Positions 9,880-20,200 of a stretch of DNA of 64,000 nt are shown here, piece after piece (position 1 is the stretch's first letter; each line of letters opens with the position of its first letter). Source of the stretch: Poseidonia sp. (GTDB lineage: Archaea > Thermoplasmatota > Poseidoniia > Poseidoniales > Poseidoniaceae); NCBI GenBank assembly GCA_038118245.1, contig JAYOHN010000001.1:14122-78121 (forward strand). The letters run 5' to 3'. The position numbers and the translations under genes were made by a program. Under the pieces are notes generated by a model. The model saw nothing but the letters and a program-made list of their open reading frames with translations. It searched no databases and had not been told where the DNA came from.

Positions 9880-10218
9880 ATGGGATGGTGGCCCTTCGGG
9901 AAGAAGCGCCTCTCGGCAAGCAACCCCAACGACCCCATTCTGAAGGACACAAGGACTTGGCTCGCTGAGTTGCGCGACGCCTGCGAGTTGAATTTTGACA
10001 ACCCCGAAGAGGCCCGTCGCCAGATACGCCAGATGCAGGTGGAGTGGAAAGACGCCATGGATCGAGGTGATATGGCGCCCCACCTGAGGGAAGGGTTGGA
10101 AAGCCGTGCCTTTCGCCTTTTGACCTGCAGCGACAGCGAGTGGATGGGATGGCTGGACGATTTGGCCTTTTGGAAAGCAGGATGGAAACCCACCCAAGGC
10201 GACGAGAACGAGGCTTGA
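9880..10218 (+). CDS. Hypothetical small protein
   Basis: About 112 aa from MGWWPFGKK. Divergent from rlmH. Trp-rich and acidic. Confidence 0.4.
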   Translation: MGWWPFGKKRLSASNPNDPILKDTRTWLAELRDACELNFDNPEEARRQIRQMQVEWKDAMDRGDMAPHLREGLESRAFRLLTCSDSEWMGWLDDLAFWKAGWKPTQGDENEA

Positions 10219-10243
10219 AGAAGGAAGCCCGTACCGGAAAAAC

Positions 10244-10936
10244 ATGGCTCAAACGCCCCAACTGCACCTTCTCTACTCGTGTCCTTTCTGCTGGAAGGTG
10301 AGAGGGCTCATCGAACACCTCAACCTTGACGTGGAATACGTGGGGGTGAACGGCATGAAGATTCGAAAGGAGGTGGCTTTCGCCGGCGATTGGGGGAAAG
10401 TTCCTGTCTTCACCGATGAAAACGGGGCGCACCACGTGGATTCAACCCCGTTGCTTCGCCACTTGGACGCGACCTACAACGAAGGGAAACTCGCCAACGT
10501 CGGCGACGCCGAGCGGCAGGCCACATGGATGGATTGGGTGGACACGCACCTATCCAAAGCCACGGTCCCCATTCTCTACGGCACGCTCGGCTCAGCGTTG
10601 AAAACAACGACCAGGATTTCAAAAATTGAGACCTTTGGCTTTTTTTCCAAACGCTTGTACGCTTGGGCGGGCTTCCCCGTCATGTGGGGCATCATCGCTC
10701 GAAAACGCGTGAAAAGGGACGGGCGAAGCCCCAAACAACTCTGGCACGACCTGTTGACTGAATTCACCAACGAGCAAAACGGAAAACCCTTTTTTGGTGG
10801 AGAGGGGCCTGATTTGGTTGATTTTGCCGCCTTTGGCTACATGAGGTCCGTCGCTCCGTTCCCACAATTCTCCTTGCTGACCGACCACGAACCTGGCATG
10901 GCCTGGTACCGGCGCATGGAATCAACGCTTGCGTGA
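10244..10936 (+). CDS. Glutathione S-transferase / glutaredoxin-like (thioredoxin-fold) protein
   Basis: N-terminal CPFC active site in a GST_N-like context (LYSCPFCWKVRGLIEH). 230 aa. Confidence 0.65.
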   Translation: MAQTPQLHLLYSCPFCWKVRGLIEHLNLDVEYVGVNGMKIRKEVAFAGDWGKVPVFTDENGAHHVDSTPLLRHLDATYNEGKLANVGDAERQATWMDWVDTHLSKATVPILYGTLGSALKTTTRISKIETFGFFSKRLYAWAGFPVMWGIIARKRVKRDGRSPKQLWHDLLTEFTNEQNGKPFFGGEGPDLVDFAAFGYMRSVAPFPQFSLLTDHEPGMAWYRRMESTLA

Positions 10937-10945
10937 GGTGAACCG

Positions 10946-11788
10946 TTGACGGTGAACCTGAACGGGTTGACGTTTGCAGCCGTGGAGGCCGCCAGCACGC
11001 TCATCGGGACCACAAAAGGAGGTTGGTTATATGCGGGCCAACGACCGTGCTACGAAGCGAAGGTCCCGTCGTTTTACACGATGGCCAACCCCCTTACCGA
11101 ACGCCAAGTCGCCACGGCCCTAGGGTGGCCCTCAGCCGATGAGAAATCAAGCGAAGCGATGGAGGCGTTGACCTCCACTGACCTCAACGAACTCGCTGCT
11201 CATGTGATGGCCGGACCCGACTTCCACCGTTTCACGGAGGAACAAGGGGCGGCTTGGGAATTGCGAGCGCTGAGCGAAAGCGAATGGAAAACCGCTGCCG
11301 CTCAAGGCGTTTTGAACCTCAGCCCGGGGTTGACCGAGCGGCTTTGCGATGCACCGGCTGCCAGCCACCGAGGCGCCATGATGGACGGCCGCCCGAGGCC
11401 CAGCGAAGTGTTGGGGCCTGCAGCACGCCAAGTCACCGGGATGGCCGTTCATCCGAAAAACCCCGACGTGACCGCCACATCGGGAGTCCCGATTGACCGT
11501 CCGCTGCCCAACGTTGTGGCTCGACTTGCCCTCACGCCCGTGCGAACAGGTGCACCAAAACGGGTACCGGAAGCCACTGACCGCTGGGCGAATGTTCGCT
11601 CTGAGTTGCTTTGGACGACCGTTCTCGGCATCGTGCCTTCGTTCTTGATCCCGGTCCTGCGAGGCATGAGCGATTATGCCGTTGACGGCTGGGTGAACCT
11701 GTTGTTTGGAGGCTTGTGCGCCGGATTTTTCACGGGCGCTGTTTGGCGGCCGAAACGCCCCGTCCTCCTCTACGACGAAGTGTCCTGA
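10946..11788 (+). CDS. FGE-sulfatase (SUMF1)-like domain protein with C-terminal TM helices
   Basis: Weak matches to the formylglycine-generating-enzyme fold (SFYTMANPLTERQV; LSESEWKTAAAQG). Two C-terminal TM helices. Confidence 0.4.
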   Translation: MTVNLNGLTFAAVEAASTLIGTTKGGWLYAGQRPCYEAKVPSFYTMANPLTERQVATALGWPSADEKSSEAMEALTSTDLNELAAHVMAGPDFHRFTEEQGAAWELRALSESEWKTAAAQGVLNLSPGLTERLCDAPAASHRGAMMDGRPRPSEVLGPAARQVTGMAVHPKNPDVTATSGVPIDRPLPNVVARLALTPVRTGAPKRVPEATDRWANVRSELLWTTVLGIVPSFLIPVLRGMSDYAVDGWVNLLFGGLCAGFFTGAVWRPKRPVLLYDEVS

Positions 11789-14112
11789 CCTTGGGTCAGC
11801 GTCGCCCAAATCTTGTCCTTGCGCAGCGAATCCGCCGTACAAATCGTGGCCATGTTCACGATGTGCCGCACCCCGTCTTGACGAGCAACGAGTTGAACGG
11901 GGTGGGCCATGCCCTCCAAAATCGGCCCGGTCATTTCGGCATCTCCAAGCTCTTCAAGCAGCTTGTAAGCGATGTTGGCTGACGCGAGGTTTGGAAGAAT
12001 CAACACGTTTGCTGGACCGACGAGTTCCATGAACGGGTATTCCTCTTGGACCGCCGGGTTAAGCGCGGTATCGCTTTGCATGGGACCGTCGATCATCAGC
12101 GTTGGATCAAGCGTTCGAGCGATTTGAACCGCATCTTCGATGCGCTCGCTTCGTTGGGCACGGGTCGAGCCAAAATTGGAAAACGAGAGCATGGCAACGC
12201 GAGGAACGACGCCAAACCGTCGTGCCACCTTTGCCGTTTGGACGGCGATTTCAGCCAAGGTTCGGCTGTCGGGGTAGACATTGACGGTGGCATCAGCGAG
12301 GAAGATGGTGCGTCCCTTCACGTTCATCATGTAACACCCGATGACGCAGTGCGCATCGTCCGCCTTGCCAATGAGTTCCAACGTCGGCCGCAGCACATCG
12401 GCATAGTTCCGACTCACCCCGCCAACAAAACCGTCCGCATCCCCGGCGTGCACCATTTGGGCCGCAAAGTAAGGGCGACTTTTGAGCAGCCGAGCAGCGT
12501 CGGGCCAGGTCGTGCCTTTTCGTTGACGACGCTTGAAGAAAGCGTTGGCGTACACGGTCTTTCGCCGTTCGTCGTACCGCGGGTCGAAGGCTTCGTAGGT
12601 GAAATTCAAACCAAGTTCGTCAACCATCCGGTCGATGCGGTCAACGGGGCCAAGCAAGATGGGGTGACAGATGTTCTGTTCTACGAGTTGGGCCGCTGCC
12701 CGAAGCACCGTTTCCTTGTCGCCCTCGGGGAACACAATGCGCTTCCCCTTGCCTTTGACTTGATTGATCACTTGGCGCATGACGGAGTAAGACTCGCCGA
12801 GGCGAGCCTCCAACTCTTCTCGATAGCGAACGAGGCTGAACTCCTCGGCGCTCACGCGAGCCACGCCCTCCTCGATGGCGGCTTCAGCGACGGCGGCGGC
12901 TTCCCAAATCAGGACGCGCCGGTCAAAGGGCTTGGGAATGATGTACTCAGGCCCGTACTGCATCACGACACCGTCGTAGGCCGCTGAGATGTAATCGGGA
13001 ACGGGTTCCTTGGCCAGAGCGGCCAGGGCTCGAGTGGCGGCCATTTTCATGTTCTGCGTGATGTCTCTTGCACGAACATCGAGGGCGCCACGGAAAATGT
13101 AGGGAAAACCAAGCACGTTGTTGACTTGGTTGGGGTAATCCGACCGACCTGTGGCGATGATGGCGTCTTCTCGAACCTTCAACACCTCCTCGGGCAAAAT
13201 TTCCGGTGTTGGGTTGGCCAAAGCGAAAATGATGGGTTTCTCGGCCATGCTGGCGACCATTTCCCCGGTCACAAGACCGCCCCTGGAAAGACCCAACATC
13301 ACATCCGCCCCTTTCAGCGCATCGGCCAGGTCACCCGCAGGTCGTTCATGAGCGAAGGGGGCTTTGTATTCGTTCAATTCTCCGGCATCCAACCTCGCCT
13401 TGGTCACGATGCCCTGGCTGTCGACCAGGGTGATGTTCGCCATGGAAACGCCCACAGCGACGTAATGGTTTGCACACGCAATCGCTGAAGCCCCGGCACC
13501 GATAACAACGACCTTCAACTCGCTCAAGGCCTTCCCTTGGAGTTCAGCTGCGTTCAACAAAGCGGCGGCCGAAATGATGGCGGTGCCGTGTTGGTCGTCG
13601 TGCATCACGGGGATGTCGGTGGCTTCGGCGATGCGCCGTTCAATTTCAAAGCACTCGGGTGCTTTGATGTCCTCGAGGTTGATGCCGCCAAAGGTTTTGG
13701 AAATGTTCACGACGGTGTTGATGAATTCTTCGGGGTCCTCGGTGTCGACCTCAATGTCAAACACGTCAATCCCTGCGAACGTTTTCAACAAGAGACCTTT
13801 GCCTTCCATCACCGGTTTGCTCGCCAGCGCACCGATGTTGCCAAGGCCGAGCACAGCGGTGCCGTTGGAAACAACGGCAACCAAGTTGCCCTTGGAGGTG
13901 TACTTGTAAGCGTCCTCCGGTTGCTTTTCGATCTCAAGGCAGGGGTAGGCAACCCCTGGAGAATATGCGAGACTCAATTCATGAGCCGTTGAATGCGGTT
14001 TTGTTGGAACAACTTTGATCTTCCCTCTCGGTTCAGATTCGTGGTATTCAAGCGCTTCCTTGCGCAGCATGCGGTCCTTTTTGTTCATCGACATTCGGAA
14101 GCCCAAACCCAA
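11770..14112 (-). CDS. maeB: NADP-dependent malic enzyme, MaeB hybrid type (malic enzyme plus phosphotransacetylase-like domain)
   Basis: The malic-enzyme NAD(P) domain (VVIGAGASAIACAN) is followed by a PTA-like C-terminal domain. The true start is probably MSMNKK near 14094. Confidence 0.9.
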   Translation of the reverse strand: MGLGFRMSMNKKDRMLRKEALEYHESEPRGKIKVVPTKPHSTAHELSLAYSPGVAYPCLEIEKQPEDAYKYTSKGNLVAVVSNGTAVLGLGNIGALASKPVMEGKGLLLKTFAGIDVFDIEVDTEDPEEFINTVVNISKTFGGINLEDIKAPECFEIERRIAEATDIPVMHDDQHGTAIISAAALLNAAELQGKALSELKVVVIGAGASAIACANHYVAVGVSMANITLVDSQGIVTKARLDAGELNEYKAPFAHERPAGDLADALKGADVMLGLSRGGLVTGEMVASMAEKPIIFALANPTPEILPEEVLKVREDAIIATGRSDYPNQVNNVLGFPYIFRGALDVRARDITQNMKMAATRALAALAKEPVPDYISAAYDGVVMQYGPEYIIPKPFDRRVLIWEAAAVAEAAIEEGVARVSAEEFSLVRYREELEARLGESYSVMRQVINQVKGKGKRIVFPEGDKETVLRAAAQLVEQNICHPILLGPVDRIDRMVDELGLNFTYEAFDPRYDERRKTVYANAFFKRRQRKGTTWPDAARLLKSRPYFAAQMVHAGDADGFVGGVSRNYADVLRPTLELIGKADDAHCVIGCYMMNVKGRTIFLADATVNVYPDSRTLAEIAVQTAKVARRFGVVPRVAMLSFSNFGSTRAQRSERIEDAVQIARTLDPTLMIDGPMQSDTALNPAVQEEYPFMELVGPANVLILPNLASANIAYKLLEELGDAEMTGPILEGMAHPVQLVARQDGVRHIVNMATICTADSLRKDKIWATLTQGQDTSS

Positions 14113-14273
14113 CGGAGAGGATGCGGTGTTTGAGCCTTATGCGGAAACACAACCCCAGCCCCCCAAACACAGGAGAACGGTCGTCGTTCGCCACCATGCT
14201 GGACCGGAAAAGGGGTGCGAGCCACGAAGCGTTGTTCCATCAACGAAGGGCCTGTTTCAAATAAGGGGAAAGA

Positions 14274-17200
14274 ATGGTTCTGCTCATGGACTGGACTCAA
14301 TCGAGCCGTACCCGACTGCCTCAACGACGGCAGGCTTTCGGATTGGTGGTGTTGCTCCTGTTGATGTCCATGAGCCCCATGCTGATGCTGCCCACGGTTT
14401 CCGCCCACGCTGAACCCAGCGGCGTGTCGTGGCCGCTTGAAGGGAGCGAAGACACGGGTTGGGTTCGTCTCGACGCCACCGGAGCCAACCCGTTGACCGG
14501 TCAACAAGCCACCGCTGACTGGAACCTCTCGTTTGCTCCGGGAGCCGTTCTTTCCAACGTCACCCTCGAAGTTCGCGCCAGCGGACAGGACGGTTTGACC
14601 GTGACTGAGCCTCACCTCACCGTCAACGGCATGGGGACCTCGCTGTTTGATTGGCGTGGACTTGGAACGCTGGGGACGGCCGATGGATTCGCTACCGGTG
14701 CAACGCACAGCGGACGATTGAACCCCAACAGCAACTCAGACGCTGGCTGGGACCTCCCTTCTGACGCAGAAATCACCGAGATGATCATTGAGGTTCTGGC
14801 TCCCTCCGACCCGAAGGTTTCGCTCACGCCCGTGGTGTTTGAAATCAACGATGCCGAAACGGACCCGGCGTCGGGTTTGCTCTACGTGGCCACCAATGCC
14901 GACCTTCTCGTGCTCAACGCCAACAACGACCCCACGATCGTTGATGCCTACGACTACCAATCAGAGGGCGGCGTGTTGGACGTTGTCATCGACGGCTCCA
15001 ACGCCGTTCTCCACCTGCTGCTGGGCGACGGGACGTTCCGTGCCTTCTCGCTGACCGACAGCACCCCTCTCGCAGCGCTTGGCGACGGCGACCTTGACCG
15101 CTTTTTGATGACGGGGGCTGGTGAGGTCTTTGCAGCCAGCGGGACAGGCCTTTACGAATGGGACGGTGGCGCTTGGAAGCAACGCGTCGTTTCAACCTCG
15201 AGCGACAGCATCACCCGCGCCCTCGCCATGGTCGAAGTGAACGGCATCGTTTACGCCTCCATCGAGGGAGCGGGCGTGTTGCGCTACAACACGGCCAACG
15301 CCCAAGCGCTATCCACGTGGTCCACCGCCAATTCCCTGCATTCCGACAACGTCGTTCACATGATGCCCTCGGGCAACCAGCTCTTGCTTGGCTCCACGGA
15401 CTTCGGTGTCGGTCGCTTTGATTTCGCCGCAGGCTTTTGGCTCTCCACCTGGACCTCAGCGAACTGGTTGAACAGCGACAACATCGCTGGGATTCAGCGG
15501 GTCGGAAGCGTTCTGTACATTCTCAACGGCGACAGCCTCCACACCTACAACATCTCCAACGGGGTGTTCTCAACCTCCTACAGCCTGTCCAACCTGAACC
15601 TCGCTGGTGAGGGTGCGTCCCTGCTCCTGTGGGAAGGCGTCGGCGCTGCCGCCCCCAACACGCCGGTCCTGCTCGTTGACGACGGAAGCGGAACCTTGGC
15701 CCGTTTGCGGCCCGGTCAATCCCCCTTTGTTGAAGCAAGCACGATTCTTGCGAGTGGCCCAGCGACCACCGACATGACCGCCGTGGTTGAACTTGACAAC
15801 GTGCTTTACATCGGAACGGGGGACGATACCGGCGTGCTGAGGTACGACATCGGCAGCGCCGTTTGGCTGACCCCGTGGACCGGCTTGAACGACAACGCCT
15901 TGGCGTTGGTCGCTGCCCCGTCCGCCGCAGGGTCCACCTCGCTGTTCGCGGCGATGGAAACACAGCCCATCGTCAACGAATTGAATCAGGCCGGTCAAAT
16001 CCTCAACACCTACGACGGGACCTCCGGTTGTTACCCCTCAACATCGACCGTGGTCGGTTTGGCCGTTGACCAAAACAGCGTGGCCATGACGCTGGAGAAC
16101 GGCGCTTTCGTCCATTTCCAGCGAACCGGCCAGCAAGCAGGAACCTGCACCGCTTACGACACCACCAACGGGCTGCCGACCTCCTTTGTTGGCGACGTGG
16201 CGCTGTTCGGCGGCGCCGCCTATGTGGCGACGGAAGACAAAGGTGTGCTGCGCTACAACATCGCCAACGATACATGGCTCGAACCTTGGGGTTCAACCGG
16301 CGTCAACGGCGTCAACGACGCACCCGTCGCCATGGTTGGTGATGTGCTCCACTTGGGCCTCCAAGGATACGGCGTGGCCCGAAAAGACATGAGCACGGGC
16401 GAAATCTTGTCACCGCTCTTGGCGACAAACCAGGGCGGTGTGCTGCCGTCCAACCAGATTTACGCCTTGGAGTCTGACGGCTCCAACCTTTACATCGGCA
16501 CTCAACAAGGCGCCCGAAAATGGGACGGGAACCAAGCCACCAATTTTGGGCAAGGAAGCACGTGGCAGACCCGGCCCTTCCAATTCTTTGATTTCGTTGT
16601 GGACGGCAGCGACTTGTACGCAGGCACGAACATCGGCGTGTGCAAGTACACCCTTTCCACCATGGCCGTGAACGATTGTCAAAACGTCTACGACGGCATG
16701 CCAAATTGGGCAACTTACAGCGTGGGCGTGGATGCCTCCTATGTGTACGGAGGAACGAACACGGGCGTTGGCCTCATCACCAAGTCCACCTTCCAACACG
16801 ACACGAACTGGGGCGAAGGAACCCAGACCGGCAACGCCGTGGTCGAAATCATGGGCGACATCGCCTACATCGGGACCGAAGGCTTGGGCGTCTTGCGCTA
16901 CAACATCACGTCCAACCAGTGGCTCACCCCGTTCACCGAAGACAACGGCGTCCTCGACGGGGGCAACGACGACGTGACCGGTTTGGTCGCCGACATCCGC
17001 CCCAACCTGTTGTGGGTGGGGGGAGACGACGGATTCCAACTGATCAACGTCACCACCGGCTCTGAAGCCTACGACATCGAGCGCAACAGCAACCTGTACA
17101 CCGCCGCAGGACCGCCACACGAGATGGTGATTCACAACAACATCCTGTACTACCACGCAAGCACGGCCAGCGACGAAGTCAGTCGTCTTGACGTGGCCAA

Positions 17201-20200
17201 CCTCACCGCCCTCACCAACCTCGACATCGGGGCACAAGTGGGAGAAAACGGCGGCGACATCGCCTCCATGGAACTCGTTGGAGACGAGGTTGTTGTGAGC
17301 GTGGTGTCGGGCCAATGGTGGAACGCTGACGGGTCTGGAGGCATCGCCCGTTGGGACACCACAACCTCCACCTTTGCTGCGAATGTGCTTCCCACCGGGG
17401 CGATTGACCGGGTCACCGCTTACGAGTCCTCCAACGGCAACCTGTGGGTGGCCTGGGGGGAACTGAAACTCGACCTCTACGACGCCAACCGGTCGTTGGT
17501 CAACTCGTGGACCACGTTTGATTTGCCGATTCGCGGTGTTGTTGAATACAACGGCGAGACCTTGTTCGCCACCGAAGACGGGGTGCTTCGGTACAACGAA
17601 TCCACCAACCAATGGAACTCTCCTTGGGAGGCGGGGAACGGACTGCCGAGCAATGCTGGGAGCCAATTCTACGAACTTTGGACCGACGGCACCAACCTCG
17701 TGGTCGGCGGAGTCCGATTCAACAACTTTGGCGGCTTCATTGAGGGTGTGATTTCTCACCGCAACGGGGCAGGAGCCTGGACGGCCTACGCCGCCGATTC
17801 AAACACGAACATCCCCGATGGGTATCCGATCTCGATGGAGATGTGCGGAGGGTTGCTCAACATCGCCATGTACAACGGAAACGGGGGCATTGCACGCATT
17901 GACCTGCAAAACGCATCGGTCCAGTCCGATTTTGATCGAAGCATGCTCGATGGATTTTCACCCGCATCGGTGACCTGCGACGCTCAGGACACGCTCTACA
18001 TCGGCTACTACAACGACAACCAACCCATCTCGAGGTACAGTTATGTCTCGGGGGCCTTCCTTTCCAGCTTGACCACCTCAAGCCACAACCTGCCCAGCGA
18101 CCGCGTGTGGTACGACGGTTTGGCCCATTCAGGCACCCAGCTCCTCGTCGGCCACGGCATCGGGTTGTTCGGGACCAACGTCATCGGTGGAGGGTACTCC
18201 ACCTTGGTTGCGAACGGAGCGACGGCCTTGCAGGCTCAAGTTTACGGCGGTGGTTCTTCCGTGACCTCCTTCCAATGGAAGACCGGCGCCTCGCAGTGGC
18301 TTCTCGGTCAAGCCGGCGGTGCCTCGGGCTACAGCCATGTCTCAAGCCTGTCATCGAACGGCATGCAGAAAATTGTCGACCTCCCGGGTTTGGTCAGCGG
18401 CCAAGTCTCGGCCATGACCGCCAACAGCACCCACATCTGGGCAGCAACCGGCGGCGGACAAAACGGCGGCGCCGGCAACTTTGGTGGCAGTGGAACCGGA
18501 CTGCTTCAAGGCATCTTCCTGCCCAACGGCAGCGTTGAATGGACGTACGGATGGACCCTCCCAGGCAACACCGTCGCCACCGACCTCGCCTTGAACGGCG
18601 GCGACGTGTACATCGCCTCCAACCCAGGCGGTCTGTTCAAACTGAACACCCGAACCCAATCCATCTCTTCCATCGGTGGTTCGCTTCACGGCAAGTTTGA
18701 CACCATGCATCCGTACAACGGCCAGTTCGTCATGGGACTGGCAGGTGACGGCGGAAGCCCTCCCGGCGTTCAAGTTTTTGACCCTTCCACCGCTCAATTC
18801 GGAAACGGTCGCCTCATCGCAGGCCTCCCATCCAACATCGTGAACGGCTTTGCGACGACAACAGATGTCCTCTACATCGCCACCAGCGGCGGCATCGGAC
18901 GATGGAATTACACCACCAACGACTGGATGGACTCCATCACGGCAAGCAACGGATTGCCCAACGACATCGTCGAAGACGTGGTTGCGGTTGGCAATGATGT
19001 GTACGCAGCCACGCCCTCTGGCGTGTTTGTCTGGGACGCAACCACAAACGCCGGCACGACCATGACCACCGCTGACGGCCTCATGGGCAATTCAGCTTGG
19101 GGGCTGGTCACGCACACCGACGCCTCGGGGTCGATTTCCGTTCTCGTAGGTCACGACGGTCGAGGGGCAGAACGCCCCGGGGTGAGCGTTGTTGATGCCG
19201 CCGCCCAACAAGTCACCTCCACGCACCGCTTCGACCAGATACCCTCCAACACCGTGACTTCCCTCGCCAGCGATTGGTGGGGCGTTCATGTTGCGACGGA
19301 CGGTTGGCCGCTGACGCATTGGAACGCCTCAAGCGGCGAATTTGAAGACGGGGTTCGCTTCACTCAAGTGCAATACCCCGTTCAACACATGTTCAGCAAC
19401 GGGGACCAGGTTCTGGTGTTGGGTGGTGAAAACGACGGAATTTTGGTCCAAGCTCGAACAGACGCCCACGCCTCCCTGAACGTCTTCCGGCCTGGAAGCG
19501 TGACGGGAGGAACGTTGGGTGCAAACACCGTTTGGCTCCTCACCGAAGACGGCTTGAAAGGCTGGGCGAACAACCGTCAGTACACGCCCGTCGATGAGTC
19601 CAGCATGCGCCGGGCTCTGCCCTTGACCGTTCGAGCGATGAACAACGGCGGTGGTGTTGATGTAAGCAACATGACGCATCCAGGCATGCCCGTACAGCTC
19701 GTCTCACCAAACGACCCCTTCCAACTCGACAACACCGTGGGGACGCCAGGCACCCACAACCTGCTCTTCCAGAACGTCCCGGTGGTCATGACTTCCCCCG
19801 TGAGCGGCGCTGCGGTTTGGGCCAAGGCCGTCTCGCTCAATTACGACGCAACCTTGGACATCAGCGAAGACCCGGCTTTGGGCTTGAATCTGCAAGACGC
19901 CGTTGACAACGGACAACTCTACAACAACACACGCCATGTTTCGCTCCGGCTCATCTCGCCTGCAAACGGTTCAATGGAGGTGCGCATCACCTACGACTAC
20001 GTTCGCTCCGACACCCCGGTCACGATGGAGGGTTTGGTGGACCGACCCGACGACGGTGGAGGCGTTCTCACGGCATCTTGGTCTTTGGTTCACGACGAAG
20101 ACTTCGCCCGATATCTGATCTTTGTCAACGAAGGCCCGTGGACCTCGGACCCCACCGAACTGATGCTGTTGGGCCAAAGCCCCGACAAAGCCGTCTCTTT

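Noticed and set aside
12046-12987. 313-aa ORF antisense to the malic-enzyme gene; likewise 36290-37138, 37607-38590 and 40288-41358 antisense to the helicase-nuclease genes
   Set aside because: The sense-strand genes have strong, full-length family signatures. The antisense products are compositionally biased with no motifs.
16410-17759. 449-aa minus-strand ORF (and many other 60-200-aa antisense ORFs) inside the giant surface-protein gene
   Set aside because: The translations are low-complexity and Arg/Gly/Pro/Val-rich with no motifs, typical of antisense frames in high-GC coding DNA. The sense-strand protein has coherent repeats and domain structure.
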